Source of the DNA: Malacoraja senta
Taxonomy: Eukaryota
NCBI GenBank assembly: GCA_038087875.1
Contig: CM075993.1
Span: 10,790,001 to 10,854,000, forward strand
DNA length: 64,000 bases
Direction: 5' to 3'
Below the pieces are notes generated by a model, which did not search any database, was not told where the DNA came from, and saw only the letters and a program-made list of their open reading frames with translations. The translations under genes and the position numbers were made by a program. Shown here piece after piece: positions 25,680 through 38,299 of this stretch (positions are counted from its first letter, which is position 1; the number at the start of each line of letters is the position of its first letter).

Positions 25680-26542
25680 CTTTACCTCTCTACATCATCG
25701 TCTATATCTCTCATTTCCCTCTTCCCTAACTAGTCTGAAGAAGGGTCTCGACCCGAAATGTCACCCATTCTTTCTGTCCAGAGATGCTGCCTGAGCCGCT
25801 GAGTTACTCCAGCTTTTTGTGTCTATCTTTGGCTTAAACCAGCATCTGCAGTTCCTTCCTACACAGGTTATCTAGAAGATAGACATGCTGGAGTAACTCA
25901 GAGGGTCAGGCAGCTTCTCTGGATACAAGGAATGGGTGATGTTTCGGGTCGAGACCCTTCTTCAGACTGAGAGTCAGGGGAAGGGGAAACGTGAGATGTA
26001 GACGATGATATAGAGAGCTATAGAACAAACGAATGAAGTACATGCAAAAATGTAAGGATGATAAAGGAAACGGCATTGATAGCTGTTTGCAAGGTGACAA
26101 TGAGATTCATCAAGACGGCAGTTTATCCATGTGCAGGAAGGAACTGCAGATGCTGGTTTATACCGAATATAGATACAAAATGCTGGAGTAACTCAGCGGG
26201 ACAGGCAACGTCTCTGGATAGAAGGAATGGTTGAAATTTCGGGTCGAGACCCTTCTTCAGACTGAGAGTCAGCTTAGAGGGAGACACAGAGATAAGGAAG
26301 TGTAAGGTGTGGAAACGAGACATCAAAGGAGATGAGGTTCAAGGAAAATATAGAATAGATCATTGTTAGCTTGGCGAAGGTGACTGCGAAGCATACAGAG
26401 ATAAAATGTAATCAGGAGGACAGTTAGAATGGTTGGAGAACTAGGAAGGGGGAGGGATGGAGAGAGAGGGAAAGGGAAAGCAAGGGTTACTTGAAGTTAG
26501 AGAAGTCAATATTCACAACACTGGGGTGTAAGCTGCCCAAGT
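25680..26542. mobile_element. Cluster of Penelope pLTR/GIY-YIG fragments in both orientations
   Basis: Three pLTR copies plus a minus-strand GIY-YIG C-terminal piece (26480-26540). Confidence 0.78.
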
Positions 26543-28188
26543 TGGTGGTTAGGTGGCTAGTCTTGTTTCTCATTAGCTGCTATTATCCTATCGGCAATAC
26601 ATGTTGCCTAGGGCATACAGTTACTAACTATAACATTTGGTTATAAAATGAGCAAGAATCAGGTGTATTCCAACCTTGCTGTTCCTGATAAAAAATTGAA
26701 TTTGAGACTCGCATTGTGTATATTATACAATTACAGAGTGGTTATAGCATGGAGGCCATTGACATAGAAACATAGAAAATAGGTGCAGGAGTTGGCCATT
26801 CGAGCCAGCACCGCCATTCAATATGATCATGGCTGATCATCCAAAATCAGTATCCTGTTCCTGCTTTTTCCCCATATCCCTCGATTCCGTTAGCCATAAA
26901 AGCTAAATTTAACTCTCTTGAAAACTGTTTGGCCTGTTATGTCTGCATTGGATCTTGTAAGAACAGTTCCATTGGACCCACTACCTTTTTTGTACGCATT
27001 TCACAGCCTATTTACTTTTTAAATACTCTGTTGCAATCCGGTTTCATAACATTTCATTGTCTGATTGCAGTGCCTTTATTTAATACTTCTGCTCAATATT
27101 CTTTCTACGCTCTGCGGACTTCAAGTCTAAGAGACTTCATGCGTTCTGCAGTCTGGTACATTCTTTACAGAGCTGACTATTTTTAATACTTCACTGCCTT
27201 TGGGGGTTTTGGTTTAAACAGCTGTACCTAATGCTTTGTTTATATGTTCCAGCCTGCTGGATCTTTATACTCTGCTGCCTGGTGTCTCTCATGCAGTTCT
27301 GCCTGCTGAATATTTTATGCGGCAGTGGCTACAGTTATTTTTATGCTCCGCTACCTGCTGGTTTATTTAGACTTGCTCTTTCCTTGATTCGTTGCCTGCT
27401 TTTTTAATACTCTGCCACCTCCTGGATTCCATGACACAGTACTGTCTGCTAACTTCTGGAATGCACTGACAGCAATTGTAGTGAAGGCAGAATTTATTGA
27501 TTTGTATCATGCAATGGGACAGAATCTTCACTGCTCTTGTTTAGAGGTTTCATTGACCTGTTAGTTTTAATACTGTATAGGTGGCATTTTACAGAGCTCT
27601 CTGCTGGACGATGTCATACCGAGATAATGTATCTTGTGTTATATATATCTTGGTGCCTGCTATCCTGTTATGCTTTCTGTCTAAGATATACACAAAGTGC
27701 TGGAGTAACTCAGCGGGTCAGGTAGCATCTCTGGAGAAAAGGAATAGGTGATGTTTCGGGTCGAGAACCTTCTTCACCTAGACGTCACCTATTCCTTCTC
27801 TCCAGAGATGCTGCCTGACCCGCTGAGTTACTCCAACCTTTTTGTGTCTATCTTCGGTTTAATCCAGCATCTGCAGTTCCTTCCTACACATGCTTTTCTG
27901 CCTGCTGGTTTATCTACATTTCCCAGCCTGTTGTTCCCTTCTTATAAGCTTAACTCCTGGATTTGCCTGCCTGTTTGTTATGTTTTACTGACTGCTCTCA
28001 AGCAGGGTCTGAAGAAGGGCCTTGGCCGGAAACATCACCTACCCTTATCATTCACAGATGCTGCCTGACCCGATTAGTTACTCCAGTACTTTGTGTTTTA
28101 TTTATAAACCAGCAGCTGCAGTCCCATGTGTCTGCTCTTAATGCTTTGCTTCCACTTTTTTGTTAGACTCTGTGGTATGATTTTGTGT

Positions 28189-28323
<135 letters not shown>

Positions 28324-29402
28324 ATGTTTTCAAGAGAATCAAGGGATATGGGAAGAAAGCAGGAACGGGGTACTGATTTTGGATGATCAGCCATGATCAT
28401 ATTGAATGGCGGTGCTGGCTTGAAGGACCGAATTTTCTATCTTTCTATGTTTCTGTTACTGGGCTTTTTTTTCCTCAGCTGTCTTATCATTATGCTTCAT
28501 TCCTTCTTTATGTTTCTTTGATGTTTCTTCAATGTTTTTTTTATTTTTACTCTACGTAATGGGATTTTTTTCTCTTTGGTTGAATAATTTTTTTCTTGAA
28601 ACCTCAAATTCTATTGTATCTTTATTACTCCTCAATTTGGGCTCATATAGAGCTGGTAGCTGTTTTATTTTTTCGTGAGCTGCCTGCTTTTTTTCCCCAC
28701 AGAGCTGTTTGCTGTTCCTCTTCAGCTCAGTTGCAACGACCCACGCCACCCTGGCCACACTCTCATTTCACTCCTACCATCGGGAAGGAGGACTAGGGGT
28801 CTTAAAACCGTGACCACAAGTTCGAGAAGAGCTTCTTCCCAACAACCATCAGGCTCTTGAACACAAACCTCAAGTATGAACTACTGGGCTTGGATAGAGT
28901 GGATGTGGAGAGGATGTTTCCACTAATGGAAGAGTCTAGGACCAGAGGTCATAGCCTCAAAATTAAAGGGCGTTATTTTAGGAAGGAGATGAGGAGGAAT
29001 TTATTTAGTCGGAGGGCGGTGAATCTGTGTAACTCTTTGCAACAGAAGGCTGTGGAGGCCAAGTCAGTGGATATATTTAAGTCAGAGATAGATAGATTCT
29101 TGATTAGTGCGGGTGTTAGAGGTTATGGGAGGAAGGCAGGAGAATGGGGTTAGGAGGGAGAGATAGATCAGCCATGATTGAATGGTGGAGTAGACATGAT
29201 GGGCCGAATGGCCTAATTCTGCTCCTATCACTTATGATAAACTTGTGTGAGGTGTCTTTGATTGCACCAAGGACTTTGTTTATTTATTGCTTGTGCTGTG
29301 GCTATTAGTTTATTTCTTTTTTGAGTATTATACTATATTATTAATGAACACTAGGTTTTACAGGCCTGTTATGCTGCTGCAAGTAATAATTTAATTGTTC
29401 TG

Positions 29403-29685
29403 TTTAGTTTAGTTTAGAGATACAGTGCGGAAACAGGCCCTTCGTACCAGCGAGTCCGCGCCGACCAGCGATCCCCGCACACCTACGCTACCCAACACAC
29501 ACTTTTACATTCATCCAAGCCAATCGACCTACAAACCTGTACGTCTTTGGAGTGTGGGAGTCACTCACGCGGTCACGGGGAGAACGTACAAACTCCGTAC
29601 AGACAGCTCCAGTAGTCAGGATCGAACTCGGGTCTCTCGGGTGCAAGCGCTGTAAGGCGGCAACTCTACCACTGCGCCACCGTGT
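29403..29685 (-). mobile_element. V-SINE (HE1-like)
   Basis: Reverse-complement copy with an internal deletion. Confidence 0.82.
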
Positions 29686-30435
29686 CGCTCTGTTGTGGGC
29701 ACACATGACAATTAAACACCTTGATTTGACTCTCGACTTTGCTCGTTGGATTTCGTTCTTACATTGCTGCCTGCTTTTGATGACCTTCTGCTGTGTCTTG
29801 GATATTCTGATGCAGTGCAGACCTGGTTTGTTATCCCTTCACTTCCTGCTATTTCAGTCATGCTCGGAGTGCTGCTCACTGACGGGATGTTTTTATTCCA
29901 TTGTCTGGTGTGTTTTCATGAAGAGCTGTCTTTAAACACTCTCCTTCCTGTTGCTTTTCATTTCAATCCTTGCATTCTGCTGGCTCTTTATTGCTGTTTT
30001 ATATATTAACAATGCTGCTTGTTAGTTGTTTTATACTCCATTGCCTGCATTTATTTATACTGTGCAGAGTGTGTTTTATTATACGACACTACTGTGTTTT
30101 TTACATAGTACTGGTTCATACCTTTTAATTTACTAGTAATTTTTTACTTGCAGTTAGTTGCCTGTTTTTCTGAATTTAATCTGCGGGTTTTGATTGGGAG
30201 TTGATCGCCTGAAGAATCTCTGCTAAGGCACTGCCTGTTTTATTTGGTTTCTTTTATGTTACAGTACTGCCTGCTGGTTTCCTGTTCTCAACTTGAACTT
30301 GCAAGGTTCGTCACCTTTACCGCGTTTCCACCCACCTCTTATTTTCACTGGGTTCATTTCTGACCTTTCTCTTCCTTCCCTTGATTTTTCTTTCTCTGTA
30401 TCGGACCAGAGTATTGACCAGTTTGCACAAGGATA

Positions 30436-31684
30436 CAGTGACGTGCGGTGAGGTCAATGGCTGGGGAGGCACTGGCTAGTATCAGTGGCCCGGCCCCCCC
30501 TTAATTGATCATCGCGTCTCCCCGTGAAAGAGAGGGTTGGAGCCGGGGCTGTGTGTGTGAAGCACGGCGACTGGAGGGGCGGGAGCGTTGCCCCGCAGGG
30601 CCGGCCTTAGGAGGTGCGGGGCCCAATTGGGAACAATTTTGGTGAGCTCCAGGTTCCCAGCCAAGGTCTGTAGAATCATAGAAATACCAATGAAGTCTAT
30701 TATAGACTTTATATCTCTATGGTAGAATGGAAAGTAATCAAAATGTGTGCTTAAACAGTGCCTGCGAGTTAATGGACCAAATAGACCTAAGCTACATTTT
30801 AATATAAAATTGCAAACATGTAAGTCTACAAGTAGCAAACAACATGTGTGGATCACCTCTGAAAAGTACGGGGCTGTGTGGGTGAAGCACGGCGACTGGA
30901 GGGGCGGGAGCGCTGCCCTGGGACCGTGAGGGACCTCCCCCTCTCCCCCTTCTCCATTCCCCCTCACACCTCCCTCCCCCGTCTACCCCTTGCTTCCCCC
31001 TCCACGCCTCTCTCCCCCCTCCACCCGGGGTAGATCTACCCGAGCCGAGAGTACATTATTCCAGCGCGGGGCCCAATTGGGAGCTCTCAGCGGCCCAGAG
31101 CCTCCAAATCAGCCGCAAAAAATCAACGAATCAACCTACCAGTCAGCACCGCCAGCGGTGGAACCCAGTGCTGCGCCGCCGCTGCTGAAGCTAGCTAACG
31201 TGGAGGGAGAGTGAGGTAGCGTCAATTACGTGGGCTGAGCCTATGTAATTGACGCTCACTCGCTCTCCCTCCACTGGGCACAAGACACGCCCCCTTGTGA
31301 GGCAGATGTGATCGCTGCCTCCCCTGGTGCTTTTTCATTGCAGTTTTATGATGAGACCAGCGAGCACAAATGTAATATATTTATATGTGAAATACGTTAC
31401 CTGACAATGGAAGGTGAGGACATGTAATGAAGGGGTTTACATTACATAGTAACAGGCACACGCTTATTGCCCGCGCTCCATGCATTTTCTGAGGGGTTGC
31501 GCAATCAGAGGGGAGGCTCAGCTCATTGCTGCCTCACCTCTCATCTCTCCCTGTATTTGCAGCGGATCAGTGGAAAAATCTTTATATTTATTTAATTTTA
31601 TTATTTTTCTTTACATTTCTTAACAGCTATTTTCATTGGGAGTATGACAGGTGAGGCTCTGCCTCCCCTGACCGCACGTCCCTG
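30436..31684. mobile_element. Non-autonomous hAT-like DNA transposon
   Basis: TIRs CAGTGACGTGCGGTGAGG / CCTGACCGCACGTCCCTG (2 mismatches in 18). 8-bp TSD CAAGGATA (30428-30435) / CAAGGATG (31685-31692). No transposase ORF. Confidence 0.8.
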
Positions 31685-32289
31685 CAAGGATGCTATGAAC
31701 TCCCTGTGTCTTTTGACTGCGCATCCTTCCACTCTGCTTCCTGGACAGGCACCATCACTTCCTCTTAATGTCTCTGACCCTGTCTCGTCCATTCCGATCG
31801 CTCCTCTCTCCACATCAGTGTTTCTGATATCTGAAGAAGGGGCTCGACCCGAAACGTCACCCGTTGCTTCTCTCCAGAGATGCTGCCTGACCCGCTAAGT
31901 TACACCAGCATTTTGTGTCTACCTTCTGAGATGTCTTCATTATCTTCCCCACCCTGATTGAGGCGGCTTGAGACTAGGTCTGTTCTGTTTCCCATGCCTG
32001 ATCTCCCATTCCATCTCTTCTGACCTAGAGCAATGGTAGAGTTCCTCATATCCTCACCTACCACTCCACCAGCCTCCGTGTTCATCCATTAATTCCCTGC
32101 CATCTCTGCTGTGTTCAACACAACAGCAGACAAGCCTTCCCCTGCCCCCCTGTTCCTCCCTCCACCCATCCCCCACTCCCCTCTCCCCCCCCCCCGCCCC
32201 TCCCCACCTCTCTCCTCTCCCCCTTCCCCCTTCCTCCCCCCCTCTCCCCTTCCTCCCTCCTTTCCTCCACCCACCCCCCCGCCCCCAAC

Positions 32290-32497
32290 CAACACATTAG
32301 GGACAATTTACAGAAGCCAATTAACCTACAAACCTGTACGTCTTTGGGGTGTGGGAGGAAAACCGGAGCACCCGGAGAAAACCCACGCAGGTCACGGGGG
32401 GAACGTACAAACTCCGTACAGACAGCAGCCGTAGTCAGGATCGAACCCCGGTTTCTGGCGCTGTGAGACAGCAACTCTACCACTGTGCCACCGTGCC
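32290..32497 (-). mobile_element. V-SINE (HE1-like), tail truncated
   Basis: Head and body match the other copies. Confidence 0.8.
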
Positions 32498-32756
32498 TCC
32501 AGGGCACCCAATGACACTCAGTCCTGCTGATAGGTAACAGTCTCTCTGTGTCTGAACATCCAGTGAGAATGGCCGCTGCCACACTGCATATCTGCTTAGG
32601 CCGGGACTGGGCTTTTCAGATACTTGCACGTTGCAAGATGGCGCCAGAACGTGGTGAATCTCTGCGGCTATTCCAGAGAAGGATCCACATTCCTCATGCT
32701 TAGTATTTGACTGGATAGCACGCAGAACAAACGTTTCACTGTAACTCTGTACATGT

Positions 32757-33489
32757 CATGGAATCATGGAGTGATACAGCGTAGAACCGGCCCTTTGGCC
32801 AACTTGCCCACACCGACCAACATGTCCCACCTACACTAGTCCCACCTGCCTGCGCTTGGTCCATATCCCTCCAAACCTGTCCTATCCATGTACCTGTCTA
32901 ACTGTTTCTTAAATGTTGGGATAGTCCCAGCCTCAACTACCTCCTCTGGCAGCTTGTTCCATACACCCACCACCCTCTGTGTGAAAATTTTGCCCCTCAG
33001 ATCCTATTAAATCTTTTCCCCTTCACCTTAAACCTATGTCCTCTAGTCTTCAATTCATCTACTCTGGGCAAGAGACTCTGTGCATCTACCTGATCTATTC
33101 CTCTCAAAATCTTATACACCTCTATAAGATCACCCCTCATCCTCCTGCACTGCATGGATTAGAGTCCCATCCTACTCAACCTCTCCCTATAACTCAGACC
33201 CTCTAGTCCTGGCAACATCCTCGTAAATCTTCTCTGTACCCTTTCCAGCTTGACAACATGTTTCGTATAACATGGTGCCCAGAACTGAACACGATACTCT
33301 AAATGCGGCCTCACCAACGTCTTATACAACTGCAACATGACCTCCTAACTTCTATACTCAATACTCTGACTGATGAAGGCCAATGTGCCAAAAGCCTTTT
33401 TGACCACCGTATCTACCTGCGACTCCACCTTCAAGGAACCTGCGCTCCTAGATCCCTCTGCTCCACAACACTCCCGAGAACCCTACAGT
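32757..33489 (-). mobile_element. CR1 LINE 3' fragment
   Basis: Reverse complement of the CR1 ORF2 C-terminus and 3'UTR (matches 37375-37690 and 55425-55760). Confidence 0.88.
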
Positions 33490-34352
33490 CAGTGACGGAA
33501 ATCGCTATCAAAATATGGAGTGGACCGGGGGACGGAATATCTTGGTGGCTACGCGCGCATGCACACACTCACACACACACGCGAGGCTTCGGAGGCTTCT
33601 GCCGTTGGCCCTGTGAACGGTAATTTCAGCTCAATCCAGCGCCAAATGCAGCTCAACTGCCTGTCTCACCAGATTAACCTACAGCCCTGCCTGGACTGAT
33701 GGAATACCAGTCCGGAGCTGTGGAGCTAGCTCTGCTTCTCCGCACTGGCTGTAAACCTGGGCCATATTTCCCGCAAGTCCAGGCAGGGCTGTAGGTTAAC
33801 CTGGCGGGACAGGCAGAGTTGAGCTGGGTTTAGCGCTGCTTCTCTGCGTTGGCTATGGGCCTGGGGGCACCGTGCCCGTCTGAATCCCGACCTCTCTGGC
33901 CACCCCCGGGCGTGGGGGGGGGGGGGATGGTCCAGTGGCGGTTCGGTAGCGATTGCTGCGCCGGAGAGCCGGCTGGGATCGATCCTGGTTACGGATGAGG
34001 CGCAGGTCTGTGTCGTTGTGACCCTATGACCTGGGCACATCTCCCTCCTCCAATCACCGCGCTCTATCCTCAGTCCCACACCCCTACATCCGCCTCTGAC
34101 CGACACCTTCATCCTCCAATCATCTCGCTGAATCATCATGTCCCGCCCCCATTGCCTGCTGACTGACGTCTCTCTCGTCCAATCGGCGCCCTCGATCCTC
34201 AGTCCCACCCCCACTGTCTCGCGGAAAGCAGAGATTTCACCGGGTTTTAAAATCCGGATTACAAAAAAGGGGGGAGAACGTCCCCCACCTCTCAAAACAG
34301 AGGGGGGACGTGTCCCCCCTGCCCCCCCTGCCCCCCGGGATTTCCGCCACTG
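33490..34352. mobile_element. Non-autonomous hAT-like DNA transposon (MITE)
   Basis: TIRs CAGTGACGGAAATC / GATTTCCGCCACTG (1 mismatch in 14). Perfect 8-bp TSD CCTACAGT at 33482-33489 and 34353-34360. Confidence 0.88.
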
Positions 34353-35714
34353 CCTACAGTGACAATAAATACGCTACAGTAAAGGCCCTGGAACTGGCAG
34401 CTTCCTCAGATGGTGCGAGGAGCAGCCCTGGAGCATCAGACTGGTGGCAGAGTAATTGATCATTTAACTGTTTAGTTTAATTTACTTTAATGTCACACGT
34501 GTACCGAGGTACAGTGAAAAGCTGTTGTTGCGTGCTAACCAGTCAGCGGAAAGACAATACATGATTACAATCGAGTCATCCACAGGGAATATTATGAAAA
34601 ACATTTAGTGCAATAGAAAGCCAGTAAAGTCTGATTAAAGATAGTCCAAGGGTCTCCAATGAGGTAGATAGTAGATAGACACAAAAAGCTGGAGTAACTC
34701 AGCGGGCCAGACTGAGTCTGAAGAAGGGTCTCAACCCGAAATGCCACTTATTCCTTCTCTCCAGAGATGCTGTCTGACCCGCTGAGTTACTCCAGCATTT
34801 TGTGTCTATCTTCAATTTAAACCAGCATCCATCCGCAGTCCCTTCCTAAACAGGTAGATAGTACTTCAGGACTGCTCTCTAGTTGTGCTAAGGAGCAGTC
34901 CTGAACTACCATCTACCTAATTCTTCTCCAATGAAAATGGCTTTAATTTGGGACATGGGAATGGGAGGAAACCATTCAGCCCGTCAAACCTGTGAAGAAC
35001 ATCAGTGGAGGCCATTTAGCCCGTCGAAGATGCTCCACCATTATCCAAGATCTTGGCCCATCAATACCTCATCGCCCAAGAAGGAACTGCAGATGCTGGA
35101 AAATCGAAGGTAGACAAAATTGCTGGAGAAACTCAGCGGGTGCAGCAGCATCTATGGAGCGAAGGAAATAGGCAACGTTTCGGGCCGAAACCCTTCTTCA
35201 ATACCTCATTGCCATTCACCCATCTGCTATCCACCACTCTCTCTACCCAAACCCAACTCCAATCTATCTGTCTCTGTCCTGGATCATCCCAACGCCCTCA
35301 ATTTGTCCGGAAAGAGTTGCACATTTCCACCATCTGCTGCAGGAAATATTTTATCCAATTTCACCCTTGAGATGCTCAGTTATAATTTAAAGATTATGAT
35401 TATGCTTCCCATCACAGCAACCATCTCAATTGCGTGGAAGATGGATTGTCCCTGTACAGGAGAGTTAAATCTTTACTGCCTACTTACGACAGCCGATGCA
35501 GGTTGCACACAAGATTCATCACCATCTCTGTGCAAATGTGAATGTACACATCCTGATAATCACAACATCAATTCCTGTGATAGCTGCCATAAGGGATTCT
35601 AGTTAAATCATTGTCTTCTGCCTGCAATTAAACTGCTGCAAGATACACTGTGGAGGTGAGGGAGTGTGGATCCGATTCTGAGCTGTGGAAGATGTGGAGA
35701 AACAAAAGAGAAGA

Positions 35715-35952
35715 GGTGGCGGTAGAGTTGCTGCCTCACAGCGCCAGAGACCTGGGTTCCATCCTGACCACGGGTGCTGTCTGTACGGAGTTTGTACCTT
35801 CTCCCCGTGACCCGCGTGGGTTTTCTCCGGGTGCTCCGGTTTCCTTTCACATGCCAAAGACGTACAGAGTTGTAGGTTAATTAGTTTCTGTAAATTGTCC
35901 CTCGTGTGTGGGATTGGACTAGTGTGGGCTCGATGGGCCAAAGGGCCTGGTT
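35715..35952 (+). mobile_element. V-SINE (HE1-like)
   Basis: Head, body and tail match. Confidence 0.8.
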
Positions 35953-36046
35953 CAAGTTCGAGTTCAAGTTCACATTTATTGTCACGCACCAATTAAGGTA
36001 CAGTGATATTTGAGTTACCATACAGCCATACAAGTAAAAATAACGC

Positions 36047-36600
36047 AATCTATCTATCTATCTTTCTATCTATATCTATCTTCTATCTAGACTATTACTA
36101 AAACTCTCATCTTACATGGAAACATCGAAAATAGGTGCAGGAGTAGGCCATTCGGCCCTTCGAGCCTGCACCGCCATTCAATATGATCATGGCTGATCAT
36201 CCAACTCAGTATCCTGTACCTGCTTTCTCTCCATACTCCCTGATCCCTTTAGCCACAAGGGCCACATCTAACTCCCTCTTAAATATAGCCAATGAACTGG
36301 CCTCAACTACATTCTGTGGCAGAGAATTCCAGAGACCACTTCCGGTCTGCGTTGTCATTAAATTTGCGCAAAAACGCTACCCTATATCGCTAGGATTTTT
36401 TGCCACCTTACTTACCATACTTCTCTGCTCTAAGCCACCAAGTTTTGTCCCGATCGGTAAATATGAGAAAAGTTATGAAGGTTTAAAATATCGTGTGATC
36501 AGCAGATTGGTCTTCTCGCCTGTCAGTCACCATGAAGATAACGCCCCTTCCGGCACCCGCTGCAGAATAAAGCCCCGGAGGCGGGACTAAGTAAACAAGC
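36047..36600 (+). mobile_element. Probable non-autonomous Helitron-like element 5' part, interrupted by a CR1 tail (36116-36333)
   Basis: The (TCTA)n...TATTACTAAAACTCTCATCTT start resembles Helitron 5' termini. It continues with gaccacttccggtctgcg after the CR1 piece. No 3' CTAG hairpin was identified. Confidence 0.4.
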
Positions 36601-37374
36601 CGTGCTGATTGAATCCGCAAGAGTGGATTCGGGAAAGCCGCTGTGTGGAGTCGGGTAAGCAGGTATGGAGCCGGGAGGTGCTGTGTGGTGCCGCGGCCGA
36701 TGGCCGCTGTGTGGACTCCCTGCCCCCCACACACCCCTCCCCCGCCACACCACCCCCCCCCCCACACCATCCCCTCCCCTCCCACACGGAGGGGGTGGAG
36801 AAAGATCACATGTCTGTCGAGTTAAGTGACTGAAAAGGTTTTCCCCTAATTCCCCCCCCCCACCCCCCACATAAGGCATAGCGAGAAACATTAAAACATT
36901 AAAACATACATACATTTTAGATACACTAAAAATAACAAAAAAGTCAAAATAACTCGTTGTAGCTCTAAACTAAACTAAACTAGACTGAAGAGAAGGGTCA
37001 GAGATGGTTCCGATGACAATAGGTGGAGGGTGGGGAAAAGGAGCAGGGACGAGGAATCTTCCCAGCACACCGTCTGATTATAATCTCCCACTACTGCAAA
37101 CTACTGCAGATGCTGGAAATCTGAAATAAAAACGCTGGAAGCACTCAGCAGATCAGGCAGCATTAGTGGAAGAAATATCCAAGATAACGTTTCAGCCCAA
37201 TGATCTTAAAACAGAACAGAAAAGAAAAAGCAGAATCAAAATGTGTTTTAAGAAAGAACTGCAGATGCTGGAAAGGGAAGCAGAGAGAACAGAAGGGAAT
37301 GCCTATAATGGGATATAGATTAGAAACTGACTGATACAAGTGGTGGTAAGGTCAGTGGAAAGCAGTGGATATTT

Positions 37375-38290
37375 ACGTGGATGTTGCCAGGACTGGAGGG
37401 AGAGGTTGAGTAGGCTGGGTCTCTATTCCTTGGAGAGCAGGAGGATGAAGGGTGATGTATAAAATGATGACAAGAATAAATCGGGTAGATGCACAGAGTC
37501 TCTTGCCCAGAGAAGGTGACTCGAGGACCAGAGGACATAGATTTAAGGTGAAGGGGAAAAGATTTAATAGGAATCTGAGGGGTAACTTTTTCACTCAAAG
37601 AGTGGTGGGTGTATGGAACAAGCTGTCAGAAGAGAAAGTTGAGGCAGGGACTATCCCAATATTTAAGAAACAGACAGGTACATGGATAGAGAAAAATGCT
37701 GGAGAAACTCAGCAGGTGAGGCAGCATCTATGGGGCGAAGGAATAGGTGATTTCGGGTTGAGACCCTTCTTCAGACTAGTGTAGCTGGGAAATGTTAGCC
37801 GGTGGTTTTGGTGGTTTCAACCCGAAACGTCACCTATTCCTTCGCTCCATAGATGCTGCCTCACCCACTGAGTTTCTCCAGCATTTTTGTCTGAAGAAGG
37901 GTCTCGACCCGAAACGTCACCTATTCCTTCGCTCCATAGATGTTGCCTCACCCGCGGAGTTGCTCCAGCATTTTTGTCTACCTTCCATTTTTCCAGCATC
38001 TGCAGTTCTTTCTTAAACGGTACATGGATGGGACAGGTTTGGAGGGATATGGACCAAACGCAGGAAGGTGGGACCATTGTGTAAGAAGGAACTGCAGATG
38101 CTAGTTTAAACTGAAGATAGACACAAAAAGCTGGAGTAACTCAGCGGGACAGGCAGCATCTCTGGAGAGAAGGAATGGGTGATGTTTCGGGTCGAGACCC
38201 TTCTTCAGACTAGTGTAGCTGGGATATGTTAGCCGGTGTGGACAAGTTGGGCCGAAGGGCCTGTTTCCACGCTGTATCACTCTATGACTA
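37375..38290 (+). mobile_element. CR1 3' fragment split by several Penelope pLTR insertions
   Basis: ORF 37452-37784 (RVDAQSLLPREGDSRTRGHRFKVKG...RVVGVWN). CR1 resumes at 38018 and 38208. Confidence 0.8.
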
Positions 38291-38299
38291 AAACAAAAT

